Under the pieces are notes generated by a model. It was given only the letters and a program-made list of their open reading frames with translations. It searched no databases and had not been told where the DNA came from. The translations under genes were made by a program, and so were the position numbers. A stretch of 44,750 nt of DNA, taken from Candidatus Poribacteria bacterium. Its GTDB lineage: Bacteria > Poribacteria > WGA-4E > PCPOR2b. Shown here in pieces: positions 9,569 to 19,262 of the stretch (positions within the stretch are counted from its first letter, which is position 1; every line of letters starts with the position of its first letter). The stretch covers positions 1-44,750 of the forward strand of contig JAPUIP010000270.1 of NCBI GenBank assembly GCA_027296925.1, written 5' to 3'.

Positions 9569-10642
9569 CTATCTCACCCTCCTTTTTTCCTTCCGATGTT
9601 GTGGCGCCGTCTTTGCCCGTTTCTCGACCTGACCCCACACCGCGTCAACAGGTAGCTTCTTCGTACATTCCCAGCCAATCTTGCATTTATGGGCGCTGCA
9701 TGGCCAGCACGGCATGTCCCGTCTGACAAGGGTCGCCTCGTCGCTCAGCGGCTTCCAGGCGACATGATCGGTGGGACCAAAGATGGCGACGGTCGGTACG
9801 TCTAGCGCGGCGGCGATGTGCATCGGTCCTGAATCGTTGCACACGAAGAGATTACAGACGTTGATCAGCGCAGCCAGTTCGCGGATCGATTTTGGGGCGA
9901 AGGCGATTGAATCGGCCCGCATGGCTTTTTGGAGATTGCGTTCCAATTCGGCTTCTTCAGGTCCTCGGAGAATCAAGACCTTTGCTCCATGCTCGTTTAC
10001 GAGCGTGTCCGCAACCCGGGCATAATTTCGTTCGGGCCACCGTTTGTCAAATGAACTTCCACCGGGATGGATGCCGACCAGGAAATCCTGCGGTGCGATT
10101 CCCCAAGCCGCCAATTGCCCCTTCGCCTTTGCGAGCTCATCGTCCAACAGATTGAGCACCAACCGCCGGTGTCCCTTCCCTTCACAGACCAATCGCACCA
10201 GATCGAAATTCCGATCGACTTCGTGGACATGCCCTTTCTCGTACATCCCCCGCCAGGTGTGCGTCAAGGTACATTTGAAACGCTTGTGATACCGACCCAA
10301 CCGATATGGCGCGCCCGACAGGAACGCGACAAAATTCGGCCACGAAGCCGTGCGCATCGCAACGACCAGATCATACTTCTCGCGTCGCAGGCTGCGGTAA
10401 AACCGAAATCGAGCCCACAGGCGTCGATGTTCGCCCTCCCGGTCGAAGACTCGGATGCGGTCCACATCCGGGTTGCCAATCAGGATGGGCGCGTTCAAGG
10501 GTTGGGCAAGCACGGTAATCTCCGCATCGGGGTAGTTCTGACGGAGTAGTGCAATGGCGGGGGTTGAATTCAGCAGATCGCCGATGCCATCGTTGCGGAT
10601 GATTAAGATTTTACGGATATTGGGAAGCCGACGACTGGACAC
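9569..10642 (-). CDS. glycosyltransferase family 9 (heptosyltransferase-like)
   Basis: ILIIRNDGIGDLLNSTPAI at the N-terminus and NDSGPMHIAAALDVPTVAIFGPT near the C-terminus. Only 3 nt separate it from the cupin gene. Confidence 0.85.
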   Translation of the reverse strand: MSSRRLPNIRKILIIRNDGIGDLLNSTPAIALLRQNYPDAEITVLAQPLNAPILIGNPDVDRIRVFDREGEHRRLWARFRFYRSLRREKYDLVVAMRTASWPNFVAFLSGAPYRLGRYHKRFKCTLTHTWRGMYEKGHVHEVDRNFDLVRLVCEGKGHRRLVLNLLDDELAKAKGQLAAWGIAPQDFLVGIHPGGSSFDKRWPERNYARVADTLVNEHGAKVLILRGPEEAELERNLQKAMRADSIAFAPKSIRELAALINVCNLFVCNDSGPMHIAAALDVPTVAIFGPTDHVAWKPLSDEATLVRRDMPCWPCSAHKCKIGWECTKKLPVDAVWGQVEKRAKTAPQHRKEKRRVR

Positions 10643-10712
10643 GCTTTTCCCTCACAATGAACGCAATACGACAAGGTCGATGATTTATGCGGATGTCCCA
10701 TGCAATTCTATT

Positions 10713-12323
10713 TCATTCGTATTTCATCGGCGGATGCTGGAGATGAAAATCCGTCGTATTCTGGTAAGCCCTGGCAACAGCCAGCACGTCCGCTTCTGCG
10801 TAAAGCCGCCCGGTGAAAGTAATGCTGTGAGTTCGTGTCCCTTCCGTAGGACAGCCGTTCGGGACCACAACCGCCGGATGGCCCGTCAGATTGGTTAACG
10901 CAGAATTTTGTCCGTTTTCTGTGGGATGCACATAGACATCAATATCAGTCATTAATTCGGCCATCGCGCCCATAACCTGTGTGCGCACGCGGTTGGCCTG
11001 GATGTATTCGACCGCCGGGATGAGGCGCGCTTGCCGAAAGGAGTTCGGCCAGGCACTGCTATCCTGACGCACAAGCAGGTCATCCTGATTGCTTCGAGTC
11101 AGTTCGTCAAAGGCGGCGGCTGCTTCCGCGACCAAAATGAACCCGATTGCTTCAACCGGATAGTTCGGCAACGCGATAGGAATCAGGTCAGCACCGAGGG
11201 ATGCCAGCACCTCCAGGGTCTGATCATCGTAGGCTTTATCCTCGCGCTCGGCGTCAAAGGCGCTTTTTACATATCCAATTCGCAAGTCGCTCACCGTCAC
11301 ATTGGGATTCCAATTGAAAGGGAGGTCTACGACGGTTTTGTCTTTGCCATCGGGCCCGTAGATGGTGTTGAAGACAATCGCGCAATCCTCCACGGATCGG
11401 CAGATTGGCCCAATTTTGTCCATGCTCCAGCTCAGTGCCATGGCCCCGTAGCGACTGACTCGCCCAAACGTCGGACGTAATCCGGTCACACCGCAGCGGT
11501 TGGACGGCGAGACGATTGACCCTCGGGTTTCTGAACCGATGGAAAAGCCCACCAGTCCCGCTGCCGTGGCCGCCGCTGGTCCGGCGGAAGAACCACTGGA
11601 GCCCATCTCGATATTCCACGGGCTCTTCGTCTGCCCGTCGAACCAAACGTCACCCATAGCCAACGCCCCTGTGGTCAGCTTCGCGACGAGCACTGCCCCC
11701 GCTTCTTCGAGTCGTTGAACGACAGTTGCGTCGGTATCGATGACCTGATCCTTGTAGGGCATTGCGCCCCAGGTTGTGGGTATACCACGGGTGGCCAGCA
11801 GGTCTTTGGCGCCCCACGGAATGCCGTGCAGTGGGCCTCGATAATTCCCGCTTGCGATCTCTGCATCCGCCTGTTTTGCCTGATTCAGCGCGAGTTCTTC
11901 GGTCAACGTCACCACACACCGGAGCACCGGATCATATCGCTTTAACCGCTTCAGATACATCTCCGTCAACTCAACTGCGCTCACCTGCCGCGATCGAATC
12001 AGTTCGGCCAGGTGAGTAACCGGGTAGAAGGCGAGCTCTTCCAGGTTCGCCGGTCTCTCCGGCATTGGCACTTCACTCATTTGGAACGGGCGTTTTTCCT
12101 GAGTAAAGGTCATGTCCGGAAGGCGCGGATCGAATGAGAGTGCCGGCGCAACGCTGTTATCCAACTGAACGGCGCGTAGCTTCTCGTACTCCGACAGCCG
12201 CTGATTCAACCCTTGAAGCATCAATTCTCGTTCGGCATCGGTGAAGGTGAGCCCAATGACGTTTTCGACAGCCGCGATCATCTCTTCCGTGATTTCCTGT
12301 TTTTCCTGGACTGTATCGGTCAT
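10713..12323 (-). CDS. amidase (amidase-signature family)
   Basis: 536-aa ORF with the Gly/Ser-rich signature GSSGSSAGPAAATAAGLVGFSIGSETRGSIVSPS. Confidence 0.9.
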   Translation of the reverse strand: MTDTVQEKQEITEEMIAAVENVIGLTFTDAERELMLQGLNQRLSEYEKLRAVQLDNSVAPALSFDPRLPDMTFTQEKRPFQMSEVPMPERPANLEELAFYPVTHLAELIRSRQVSAVELTEMYLKRLKRYDPVLRCVVTLTEELALNQAKQADAEIASGNYRGPLHGIPWGAKDLLATRGIPTTWGAMPYKDQVIDTDATVVQRLEEAGAVLVAKLTTGALAMGDVWFDGQTKSPWNIEMGSSGSSAGPAAATAAGLVGFSIGSETRGSIVSPSNRCGVTGLRPTFGRVSRYGAMALSWSMDKIGPICRSVEDCAIVFNTIYGPDGKDKTVVDLPFNWNPNVTVSDLRIGYVKSAFDAEREDKAYDDQTLEVLASLGADLIPIALPNYPVEAIGFILVAEAAAAFDELTRSNQDDLLVRQDSSAWPNSFRQARLIPAVEYIQANRVRTQVMGAMAELMTDIDVYVHPTENGQNSALTNLTGHPAVVVPNGCPTEGTRTHSITFTGRLYAEADVLAVARAYQNTTDFHLQHPPMKYE

Positions 12324-12558
12324 TGACTTTTTCTCCCATTATTTTCAGGTGTATGGACGTATGCGAGGCCAATGGATTAATCATAGCACAATTGGGGCTG
12401 CCGATCCAATGAAAAAATAACCACCCCACATTTCTGATGAAAAACAAGCCTATTTGTGCTAAGATATAGCCGTGAAGGAGAGGATTCGAGAAAATCCGGC
12501 AGCGTTATGAAGCAGCGAAAAAGCAGGGCGACATCTGAAAAATTCTACCCAAATGCAT

Positions 12559-12906
12559 CTAGACCGACAGATTAAAGAGCGTTTTGAGTTTCTGATCTAC
12601 CTGCTGTTGCAGATTCGCCGAAAGGATGCCAAGTTCGCGCAGGATGATGGAAGTTGGAATCGTCATCAATCGATGCAGACGAAGAGTGGAAGATACACGG
12701 TGCCCTGTCTTCGCAAAGTCAGGGTGTTGCGCGTCAATAACAAGATCGCTTGTCAGGAGTGGGTCAGCGATGCGGCTTGTGATAAACCCGAAAACAACAT
12801 GGCGATGCGGCCCAATCGGATTGGTCAGACAGATGGCAGGTCTGACTTTGGCAGCAGATAGATCATCGAATGGAAAAGGTACAAGAACAATCTTACCCTT
12901 CGTCAT
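12559..12906 (-). CDS. mazF: type II toxin, PemK/MazF family endoribonuclease
   Basis: MTKGKIVLVPFPFDDLSAAKVRPAICL is the typical MazF/PemK N-terminus. Overlaps the upstream antitoxin ORF by 14 nt. Confidence 0.85.
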   Translation of the reverse strand: MTKGKIVLVPFPFDDLSAAKVRPAICLTNPIGPHRHVVFGFITSRIADPLLTSDLVIDAQHPDFAKTGHRVSSTLRLHRLMTIPTSIILRELGILSANLQQQVDQKLKTLFNLSV

Positions 12907-13153
12907 GAAATGGTTTCCCGTCGTTCAAGGTGTAAATATCTTCCTCTGCATCTTTCAAAAGATCGAATACAGGATTTGTTGATGCCGCTTTTAACCATTC
13001 AGTTTCATCAAATTCTTCATCATTTTCTTGGGGAACCAGGATAATCACCCGAACGCGAGTCGCAATATCAACCGGTACGGGATTATCCAGCCGAAGGAGG
13101 CGCGAGTCGTCAATGATTCCTGTCGTTTCGATAGCGCGTGCTGTTGTAGCCAT
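12893..13153 (-). CDS. cognate antitoxin (AF2212/DUF104-like N-terminus plus acidic C-terminal tail)
   Basis: 86 aa from ATG 13153, with AAGGAG 6 nt upstream; the ATG at 13168 lacks an RBS. N-terminus: IETTGIIDDSRLLRLDNPVPVDIATRVRVIIL. C-terminus: NPVFDLLKDAEEDIYTLNDGKPF. Its position upstream of and overlapping mazF supports the call. Confidence 0.65.
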   Translation of the reverse strand: MATTARAIETTGIIDDSRLLRLDNPVPVDIATRVRVIILVPQENDEEFDETEWLKAASTNPVFDLLKDAEEDIYTLNDGKPFHDEG

Positions 13154-13321
13154 TCGATCTCCTTTCATAGACTAACAATTGGATCTGTGATAAGTTAGGA
13201 AATGCTTGAAACTATCTGCAATCGGACTCTATTTTAACACGTTGTTGAATGGTTTTCCACTGAGTTTGAGACGTTTTACACCTCACGTATCACTTCTGTC
13301 ATTTCTGAAGGACAATTACGA

Positions 13322-15055
13322 ATGAATCTATATCTCCGCTTACTGCGCTATGTGATCCCTTACTGGAAAAGCACGGCGATTTCGTTGATAGCCATGCTCG
13401 TTGTGTCCGTTGGCAACCTACTCCCAACATGGATCGGCGGAATTGTGGTGATTGATCAGGTCATCGGACAGAGGAATCTGAGTCTATTGCACCGGGTCGC
13501 GTTCCTGCTGATCGGCATCCATCTGGTCAAGAGCGTTGGGGTCATGCTCGCTGAATGGCTGTCCCACGAGATCGCCGAAAAGGTCATCTACGACATGCGG
13601 ACACAGATCTATAGCCACTTGCAGAAACTCTCGTTCCGCTTTCACAAGGACAACAGCACGGGCGATCTGATGTCGCGTGTAGTGAACGACATCGACGCGA
13701 TGCGGGATATGCTTGCACATACCATCCATATAATCATCGTGCAGACATTGACTTTCAGTGGAATCGCCATCGTGCTGTTTCTCATGAACTGGCGAATGGC
13801 GGTGCTGACACTTTTTCCGCTGCCGATTTTGGGCGTTCTCATCTTTCGCTTTGGGGTGAAGTTGCGGCGGATCTCTCGCGACGTCCGCGCCAAACTCGCG
13901 GATATCAACGCTCGTTTGCAGGACAACCTCTCCGGCATTTTCGAGATTCAGGCGTTTGCGCGTGAGCCTTATGAAGAGAAGCGGTTTACCTCCAAGTGCG
14001 CCGATTACCGCAATTCAATCATCCGTGGCGTGCGCTTATGGGCAAGGCTCAATCCCGCGGTTCAGTTTGCTCTCGGTGCCAGTTGGACGGTCATTTTGTG
14101 GTATGGCGGTTGGCAGATGATCACCGGCGGAAGCGATATGACGATCGGGCAACTGTTCGTATTCCTCGGCTACCTAGGGCGGCTTTTTATGCCGATTGAT
14201 ATGGCCAGCCATGAGAACGAGCGTTTGCAGAAAGCCCTCGCCGCCGGCGAACGGATGATGGAACTGCTGGACACGGAGCCTGAGATCAGAGACATCCCAC
14301 ACGCCTGGACTGGAAAGGTCAAAGGCGAAATCCGCTTTGAAAACGTCTCTTTCAAGTACACGGACGAAGAGGTGTTGACAGATGTCGCGCTCAAGATTCG
14401 TCCGGGAGAGACGATTGCCTTCGTGGGCCCCAGCGGCGTTGGCAAAACCACGCTTGTTGGGCTTGTGCCGAGATTCTACGATGTGACGAGCGGACGGGTG
14501 TGCATCGATGATGTCGATGTACGGGAGTGGCAAACTCAAGCCCTGCGGGGGCAGATTGGACTCGTTCCACAGGAGACATTTCTGTTCAACGGGACAGTCG
14601 GAGAGAACATCACCTACGGCAAGCTCAACGCAACGGGAGCCGAAATCGAGGCGGCGGCAAAAGCGGCGAACATCTACGACTTCATCATGAGCCTGCCGGA
14701 CCGTTTTGACACCCTTGTTGGTGAGCGTGGCATGCGGCTATCCGGAGGACAGAAGCAGCGAATTTCGATTGCGCGTGCCATTCTGAAAGATCCGCCGATT
14801 CTCATTCTAGACGAAGCGACGTCCTCTGTCGATACGGAGTCAGAACGGTTGATTCAGCAGAGCTTGATGAACCTGCTACAAGGCCGAACGACGCTGACCA
14901 TCGCGCACCGACTCGCGACCATCAAATTCGCAGACCGAATCGCAGTGCTAAAGGACAATCAGATTGTGGAGCTCGGAACGCATGTTGAACTCCTGTCGCA
15001 AGGCGGATTGTACACACGGCTTTATGCCGCGCAGTTTGGGGAAGAACCGTTTTGA
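13322..15055 (+). CDS. ABC exporter, fused permease/ATPase (MsbA-like type I exporter)
   Basis: 577 aa with six TM segments. Walker A GPSGVGKTT, signature LSGGQKQR, Walker B ILILDEATS, H-loop IAHRL. Confidence 0.9.
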   Translation: MNLYLRLLRYVIPYWKSTAISLIAMLVVSVGNLLPTWIGGIVVIDQVIGQRNLSLLHRVAFLLIGIHLVKSVGVMLAEWLSHEIAEKVIYDMRTQIYSHLQKLSFRFHKDNSTGDLMSRVVNDIDAMRDMLAHTIHIIIVQTLTFSGIAIVLFLMNWRMAVLTLFPLPILGVLIFRFGVKLRRISRDVRAKLADINARLQDNLSGIFEIQAFAREPYEEKRFTSKCADYRNSIIRGVRLWARLNPAVQFALGASWTVILWYGGWQMITGGSDMTIGQLFVFLGYLGRLFMPIDMASHENERLQKALAAGERMMELLDTEPEIRDIPHAWTGKVKGEIRFENVSFKYTDEEVLTDVALKIRPGETIAFVGPSGVGKTTLVGLVPRFYDVTSGRVCIDDVDVREWQTQALRGQIGLVPQETFLFNGTVGENITYGKLNATGAEIEAAAKAANIYDFIMSLPDRFDTLVGERGMRLSGGQKQRISIARAILKDPPILILDEATSSVDTESERLIQQSLMNLLQGRTTLTIAHRLATIKFADRIAVLKDNQIVELGTHVELLSQGGLYTRLYAAQFGEEPF

Positions 15056-15059
15056 ATTG

Positions 15060-15088
15060 TTGACACGTTTTGGGCTTCGTGATATAGT
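15060..15088 (+). promoter_or_regulatory. sigma-70-type promoter (TTGACA-17 nt-TATAGT)
   Basis: Perfect TTGACA at 15060-15065, 17-nt spacer, TATAGT at 15083-15088. AAGGAG RBS and ATG 15122 follow. Confidence 0.5.
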
Positions 15089-15121
15089 TACTTCATAACT
15101 CACCTTTAAGGAGCATGTGAC

Positions 15122-16132
15122 ATGCAATCTTTTCTCGATTCGACAAGCATTGTGGACAACGGACCTGAACTGCGAAACCGTGTCAAGCAAGACGGGTACC
15201 TGTTCATTCGCGGACTGTTGCCCACCGATATGTTGGAAAGCCTGCGGATGCAGTGGCTTGAAATTGCGCGTCAGGCGGGCTGGGTCAAAACCGACGCACC
15301 TTTGGAAGATGCCATTGTGGATTTGAACGGATTTTGCGTCGAGCCGGAACCGAGGTACATGCAGGTGTACCACAACATGTACAAGCTGCCAGAGTTTCAC
15401 GCGCTTCAACATCACCCAAACCTGATCGGGCTGTTTGAGCGGATGCTGGATGAGCCCGTCATGCCCCATCCACGCATCATCGGCCGGACAATCTTTCCGC
15501 AGCGGGAAGCGTTCACCACCCCACCGCATCAGGACTTCATCCCCATCCAGGGCACGGCTGAGACCTACACCGCCTGGATTCCGTTAACCGACGTGCCGCC
15601 GGAGTTGGGCGGACTTCAAGTTGCGGCCGGTTCGCATCGTCACGGTGTCTACGATTTCCGCCCGGCGTTGGGAGCGGGGGGGACGGAGGTAATTGACCCG
15701 TTGGAAGGCGCCTGGGTAAACAATCCGTTCCGGCAAGGAGATGTGCTCATTTTTCACAGCATGATTGTGCACAAGGGTTTGCCGAACACGGCCGACTGGC
15801 TCCGCATGTCCATCGACAGCAGGTACCAGAAAATCAGCGATCCGGTTGCGCCGGGCAGCCTCCAACCGCACAGTCAGCCGAGCACGTGGGAGGAGATTTA
15901 TGTGGATTGGCCGCCCAATGGCTTGCAGCACTACTGGCACAAGTGGGCTCTGGAGGTCAAGGCGTACGACAACCGCTACCACGAAAAACGGGATCGCCTG
16001 GCACTTGAGATGGCCGCCAACGGTGACCCTCGCGCGTTTTCGGCGCTCCAGCGAATTATCGCCCGCGACACGGATGCGGCGAAACGCAAAAAAGCGGCAG
16101 ATCTGCTTGCCATGCTTGAAGAGCCGAGATAG
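15122..16132 (+). CDS. phytanoyl-CoA dioxygenase (PhyH) family Fe(II)/2-oxoglutarate oxygenase
   Basis: 336 aa. PPHQDF (HxD) and the distal FHSMIVHKG His fit the PhyH facial triad. Confidence 0.75.
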   Translation: MQSFLDSTSIVDNGPELRNRVKQDGYLFIRGLLPTDMLESLRMQWLEIARQAGWVKTDAPLEDAIVDLNGFCVEPEPRYMQVYHNMYKLPEFHALQHHPNLIGLFERMLDEPVMPHPRIIGRTIFPQREAFTTPPHQDFIPIQGTAETYTAWIPLTDVPPELGGLQVAAGSHRHGVYDFRPALGAGGTEVIDPLEGAWVNNPFRQGDVLIFHSMIVHKGLPNTADWLRMSIDSRYQKISDPVAPGSLQPHSQPSTWEEIYVDWPPNGLQHYWHKWALEVKAYDNRYHEKRDRLALEMAANGDPRAFSALQRIIARDTDAAKRKKAADLLAMLEEPR

Positions 16133-16145
16133 GAGGTCATAAGCG

Positions 16146-17075
16146 ATGACGGACTACCGTTTCAAAATTGGGATAGACCTTCAAATGACGGGGTTGCCCT
16201 TTGCCGAGGCGCTCGCTCTTGCAGAGGAGCTCGGTGCGGCGTATGGATGGTTTGGTGACCTTCACTGGGCAATCAATGGTGAAATCACAGACCCCGTGGT
16301 CGATGAAATTGGCGAGCGCGCTGCCCGACATGGGGTCAGCCTATTTATGATCGGCGCCGGCGGCGCCTTTAGCAAACTCCACCTGGCCGATCTGCAATTG
16401 GAGACACTACAAGATCATCCGGCGTTTCAGGAGGACTTCAACCGTCTCACTCAGACGATGCAAGCCGCCAGACGAATTGGTGTGGATTCGGTCTTGGCTT
16501 ACACGTTCGCCTGGCCTGGCGAATACACCGCCGGCAAACCCACCTGGCCGATGCGGTGGTTGACCCGGGGCGGGGTCATCGCCGATGTTGACATGGAGAA
16601 ATTGGTCAAAGTGTTCTCGCTCGTGGCGGAACAGGCGGAGCAGCACAACATCGACGTCGTTCTCGGAAACCTTCCCTGGCATTACACCAACACGACCCGC
16701 CACTGTCGTGACTTAGTTGAGCGAGTCGGTTCCAGGCGAATCAAGATCATGTGGCACCCGTCCGACAACCGGACCGCCGGTGAGTCGGATTCGGCAACCG
16801 CAGGCTTCATCAACGTCCGTCCCTATCTCCATTCGCTTCATGTGAAGGACCTGCGCGTCATTGACGGGCTGAAGCTCAAGTTCGAGTACTGCCCCATCGG
16901 CGAAGGGGATGTCGACTACCCGACGGTGCTGCGAAATCTGCGTGACCACCGGTGCGATGCGGTTATTGCTGTTGCCACCCACTTCCTGCCACCAAGCGGT
17001 TCCGGTGCAGACGCGATGCGGATCAACTTCGCCAATCTCAAGCCGCTCATCAACCTGGTCGAGGCGGGGGGATAA
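16146..17075 (+). CDS. sugar phosphate isomerase/epimerase (xylose-isomerase-like TIM barrel)
   Basis: 309 aa with overall AP_endonuc_2/xylose-isomerase-like pattern, judged by eye. AGGAGG RBS upstream of ATG 16146. Confidence 0.65.
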   Translation: MTDYRFKIGIDLQMTGLPFAEALALAEELGAAYGWFGDLHWAINGEITDPVVDEIGERAARHGVSLFMIGAGGAFSKLHLADLQLETLQDHPAFQEDFNRLTQTMQAARRIGVDSVLAYTFAWPGEYTAGKPTWPMRWLTRGGVIADVDMEKLVKVFSLVAEQAEQHNIDVVLGNLPWHYTNTTRHCRDLVERVGSRRIKIMWHPSDNRTAGESDSATAGFINVRPYLHSLHVKDLRVIDGLKLKFEYCPIGEGDVDYPTVLRNLRDHRCDAVIAVATHFLPPSGSGADAMRINFANLKPLINLVEAGG

Positions 17076-17082
17076 GGGGGAT

Positions 17083-17262
17083 ATGATGGCCAAGCAACTG
17101 AACATCTGCTGCTCCGTCGCAAGCCCCAACACGTTTACCCAGACACTGCGGCTGATAGCGTCGGGAAAAGTTCAAGTCGAACCTCTGGTGACCCATGTGT
17201 TGCCACTGGAGTCGGCGGAAAAAGCATTCGAAATCCAACAGGAAGTGCCCCAGAGCGAATGA
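17083..17262 (+). pseudogene. C-terminal remnant of a Zn-dependent (MDR family) alcohol/polyol dehydrogenase
   Basis: The 59-aa frame ...FTQTLRLIASGKVQVEPLVTHVLPLESAEKAFE... matches only the last ~55 residues of threonine/sorbitol dehydrogenase-type enzymes. The upstream gene ends at 17075, leaving no room for the ~280 missing residues. Confidence 0.45.
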
Positions 17263-17306
17263 GGTCAGGCCAACTTCAGATATTCAATCACAAGGAGAAA
17301 TTTAGC

Positions 17307-18590
17307 ATGAAAGTCGTCGATGCCGAACGCATTCTTGTCGACGTGCCGTTTACCCCTCGGCAGCAGCAGATCACGCGGCGCACGGTGTACAATTGGTCCA
17401 TTTTGGAACTGTGTAAGGTCACCACGGATACCGGGCATGTCGGTTGGGGCGAGACCGTCATCCATTACACGTATGCACGGGTGACAGACCAAAGTGTGGA
17501 AAGGGTCTTGGGACAGCGCCCCGCCGAATTGATGAACGACGATTCCCTCGGCGCGGGGCTGCAGATGGCACTTTTCGACGTGGTTGGAAAAATCTTGGAG
17601 GTGCCGGTTTATCAACTGATTGGCACGAAGGTGCGGGACTGGACGCCGATCTCCTGGTGGTGTAGTCACACCTCGCCAGAAGATTGGGCCGCTGAAGCCA
17701 AGGATGCCGTGGAGAAGGGGTATACCAGTTTCAAGAACAAGCCACGCCCGTGGTGGGATATCATCGCTCAGGTGGAGGCGATCCGACAGGTTGTACCGCC
17801 GCATTTCAAACTGGATCTGGATCCGAACGCCTCCCTGCAAAACGCCGCCACCGCCATTCCTATCATGAAGCGGTTGGAAAAGTACGATAGTGTCGCCATG
17901 TTTGAGACGCCCATACCGCAGGATGATCTACTGGGCAACAAACAGATTCGCCAGGCAATCAACCGCCCCATTGCCATGCATTTTGGGACGCCGCCCTACA
18001 TCACGGGTATTCGCGAAGGCGTGTGCGATGGGTTTGTCATCGGTGGCGGGAAATCAGCGGTCGTGCGTCAGGGGACACTGAGTGCGGAAGCGAAGATGCC
18101 TTTCTGGTTGCAGTTGGTGGGCAATGGTCTGACGACCACCTGGGCGGCTCACCTCGGCGCGGTACTCACTCACGCAAGCTGGCCAACGATTAGCTGTATC
18201 AACCTCTACAGTCATCATCTGCTAAAGAAGGAGATCGAAGTGATGGGAGGGTATCAGCAGGTACCAGATGGTCCCGGACTCGGCGTTGAGGTCGACGTGG
18301 CGGCGATCGAAAAGTACCGTGTCCCGGCGGAAAAGCTGGACGAATTCGCCAAGAACGGGCAACTCTACATCCATCCCAAACCGCAACTCATCAATACCAT
18401 CGTCTATCCCGATAACACCTGCATCTACATGGCAGATTTGGATCTGGGTTACTTCAACGGCGGCCACGGGCCCGCCTACGTGGAGGGGTCGCGTGTCGAG
18501 TCCTGGCCCAACGACGGCTCCAAAGCGTGGGCAGATCTGTTTGCGCGTGTTCAGAAGCATCCGGTGCGTTCCCGCTGGCAGGAACGATAA
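17307..18590 (+). CDS. enolase-superfamily enzyme (mandelate racemase/muconate lactonizing family)
   Basis: 427 aa from ATG 17307 (AAGGAG upstream). N-terminal capping-domain pattern ...TTDTGHVGWGET.., followed by KLDLDPN and MFETP metal-ligand contexts. Confidence 0.75.
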   Translation: MKVVDAERILVDVPFTPRQQQITRRTVYNWSILELCKVTTDTGHVGWGETVIHYTYARVTDQSVERVLGQRPAELMNDDSLGAGLQMALFDVVGKILEVPVYQLIGTKVRDWTPISWWCSHTSPEDWAAEAKDAVEKGYTSFKNKPRPWWDIIAQVEAIRQVVPPHFKLDLDPNASLQNAATAIPIMKRLEKYDSVAMFETPIPQDDLLGNKQIRQAINRPIAMHFGTPPYITGIREGVCDGFVIGGGKSAVVRQGTLSAEAKMPFWLQLVGNGLTTTWAAHLGAVLTHASWPTISCINLYSHHLLKKEIEVMGGYQQVPDGPGLGVEVDVAAIEKYRVPAEKLDEFAKNGQLYIHPKPQLINTIVYPDNTCIYMADLDLGYFNGGHGPAYVEGSRVESWPNDGSKAWADLFARVQKHPVRSRWQER

Positions 18591-18617
18591 ATGGATTCGG
18601 GGAGCGCGCGGATATTT

Positions 18618-19214
18618 CTATTCGATTTGTGCCTGATTGAGGATCTGTTCAATCTCTTCCATCGAGGGTAATTCAGCGAGCTCTTTCAGCCCAAACTGTT
18701 GCAGAAATTCATCGGTGGTGGCGAACAGAAGCGAACGTCCTGGACCGGGCCTCCGTCCGGCGATACGAACCATCCCCTTTTCGATCAGCGAATTGAGGAC
18801 ACTATCGCTGTTGACACCACGAATCTCTTCGACTTCAGTCCGGGTTACAGGTTGCTTGTAGGCAACGATGGCGAGGGTTTCAAGTGCAGACGGCGAGAGT
18901 TTGACGCGCACCCGGCGGGTGTGGAACTTTTCGACCCAACGATGATACTCAGGGCGGGTACAGATCTGAAACCCATTGGCGATTTCAATCAACTGAAAGC
19001 TACGATTCGTATCCCGGTACTCGTCGCGCAACTGCATCAGCAGTTGACGAATCTTTCGCGTGGATATGCCATCGAACAACTGGCTGAATTGCTTGAGCGC
19101 AGTCGGTTCACTGGCAACGAACAGGACCGCTTCCAGAATGGATTTGATCTCGCCTGGATTCAGATCGGAATCTTGGATGGGAGTGATTGAATCTTCATTC
19201 ATGAGGGATAACAA
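18618..19214 (-). CDS. scpB: segregation and condensation protein B
   Basis: ILEAVLFVASEPTALKQFSQLF, SPSALETLAIVAYKQPVTRTEVEEIRGV. Confidence 0.85.
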   Translation of the reverse strand: MLSLMNEDSITPIQDSDLNPGEIKSILEAVLFVASEPTALKQFSQLFDGISTRKIRQLLMQLRDEYRDTNRSFQLIEIANGFQICTRPEYHRWVEKFHTRRVRVKLSPSALETLAIVAYKQPVTRTEVEEIRGVNSDSVLNSLIEKGMVRIAGRRPGPGRSLLFATTDEFLQQFGLKELAELPSMEEIEQILNQAQIE

Positions 19215-19262
19215 TGGGGTAGTCGAGAATAGGCGTTAGGCAGCAGGGCATTGGCGAACACC

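Noticed and set aside
12465-12560. Short frames downstream of mazF (for example ...GFEKIRQRYEAAKKQGDI) and a TGcTAAGAT -10-like element that might mark a gene remnant or antisense promoter.
   Set aside because: The frames are 12-22 codons long without usable starts. I cannot distinguish them from chance in an AT-rich spacer.
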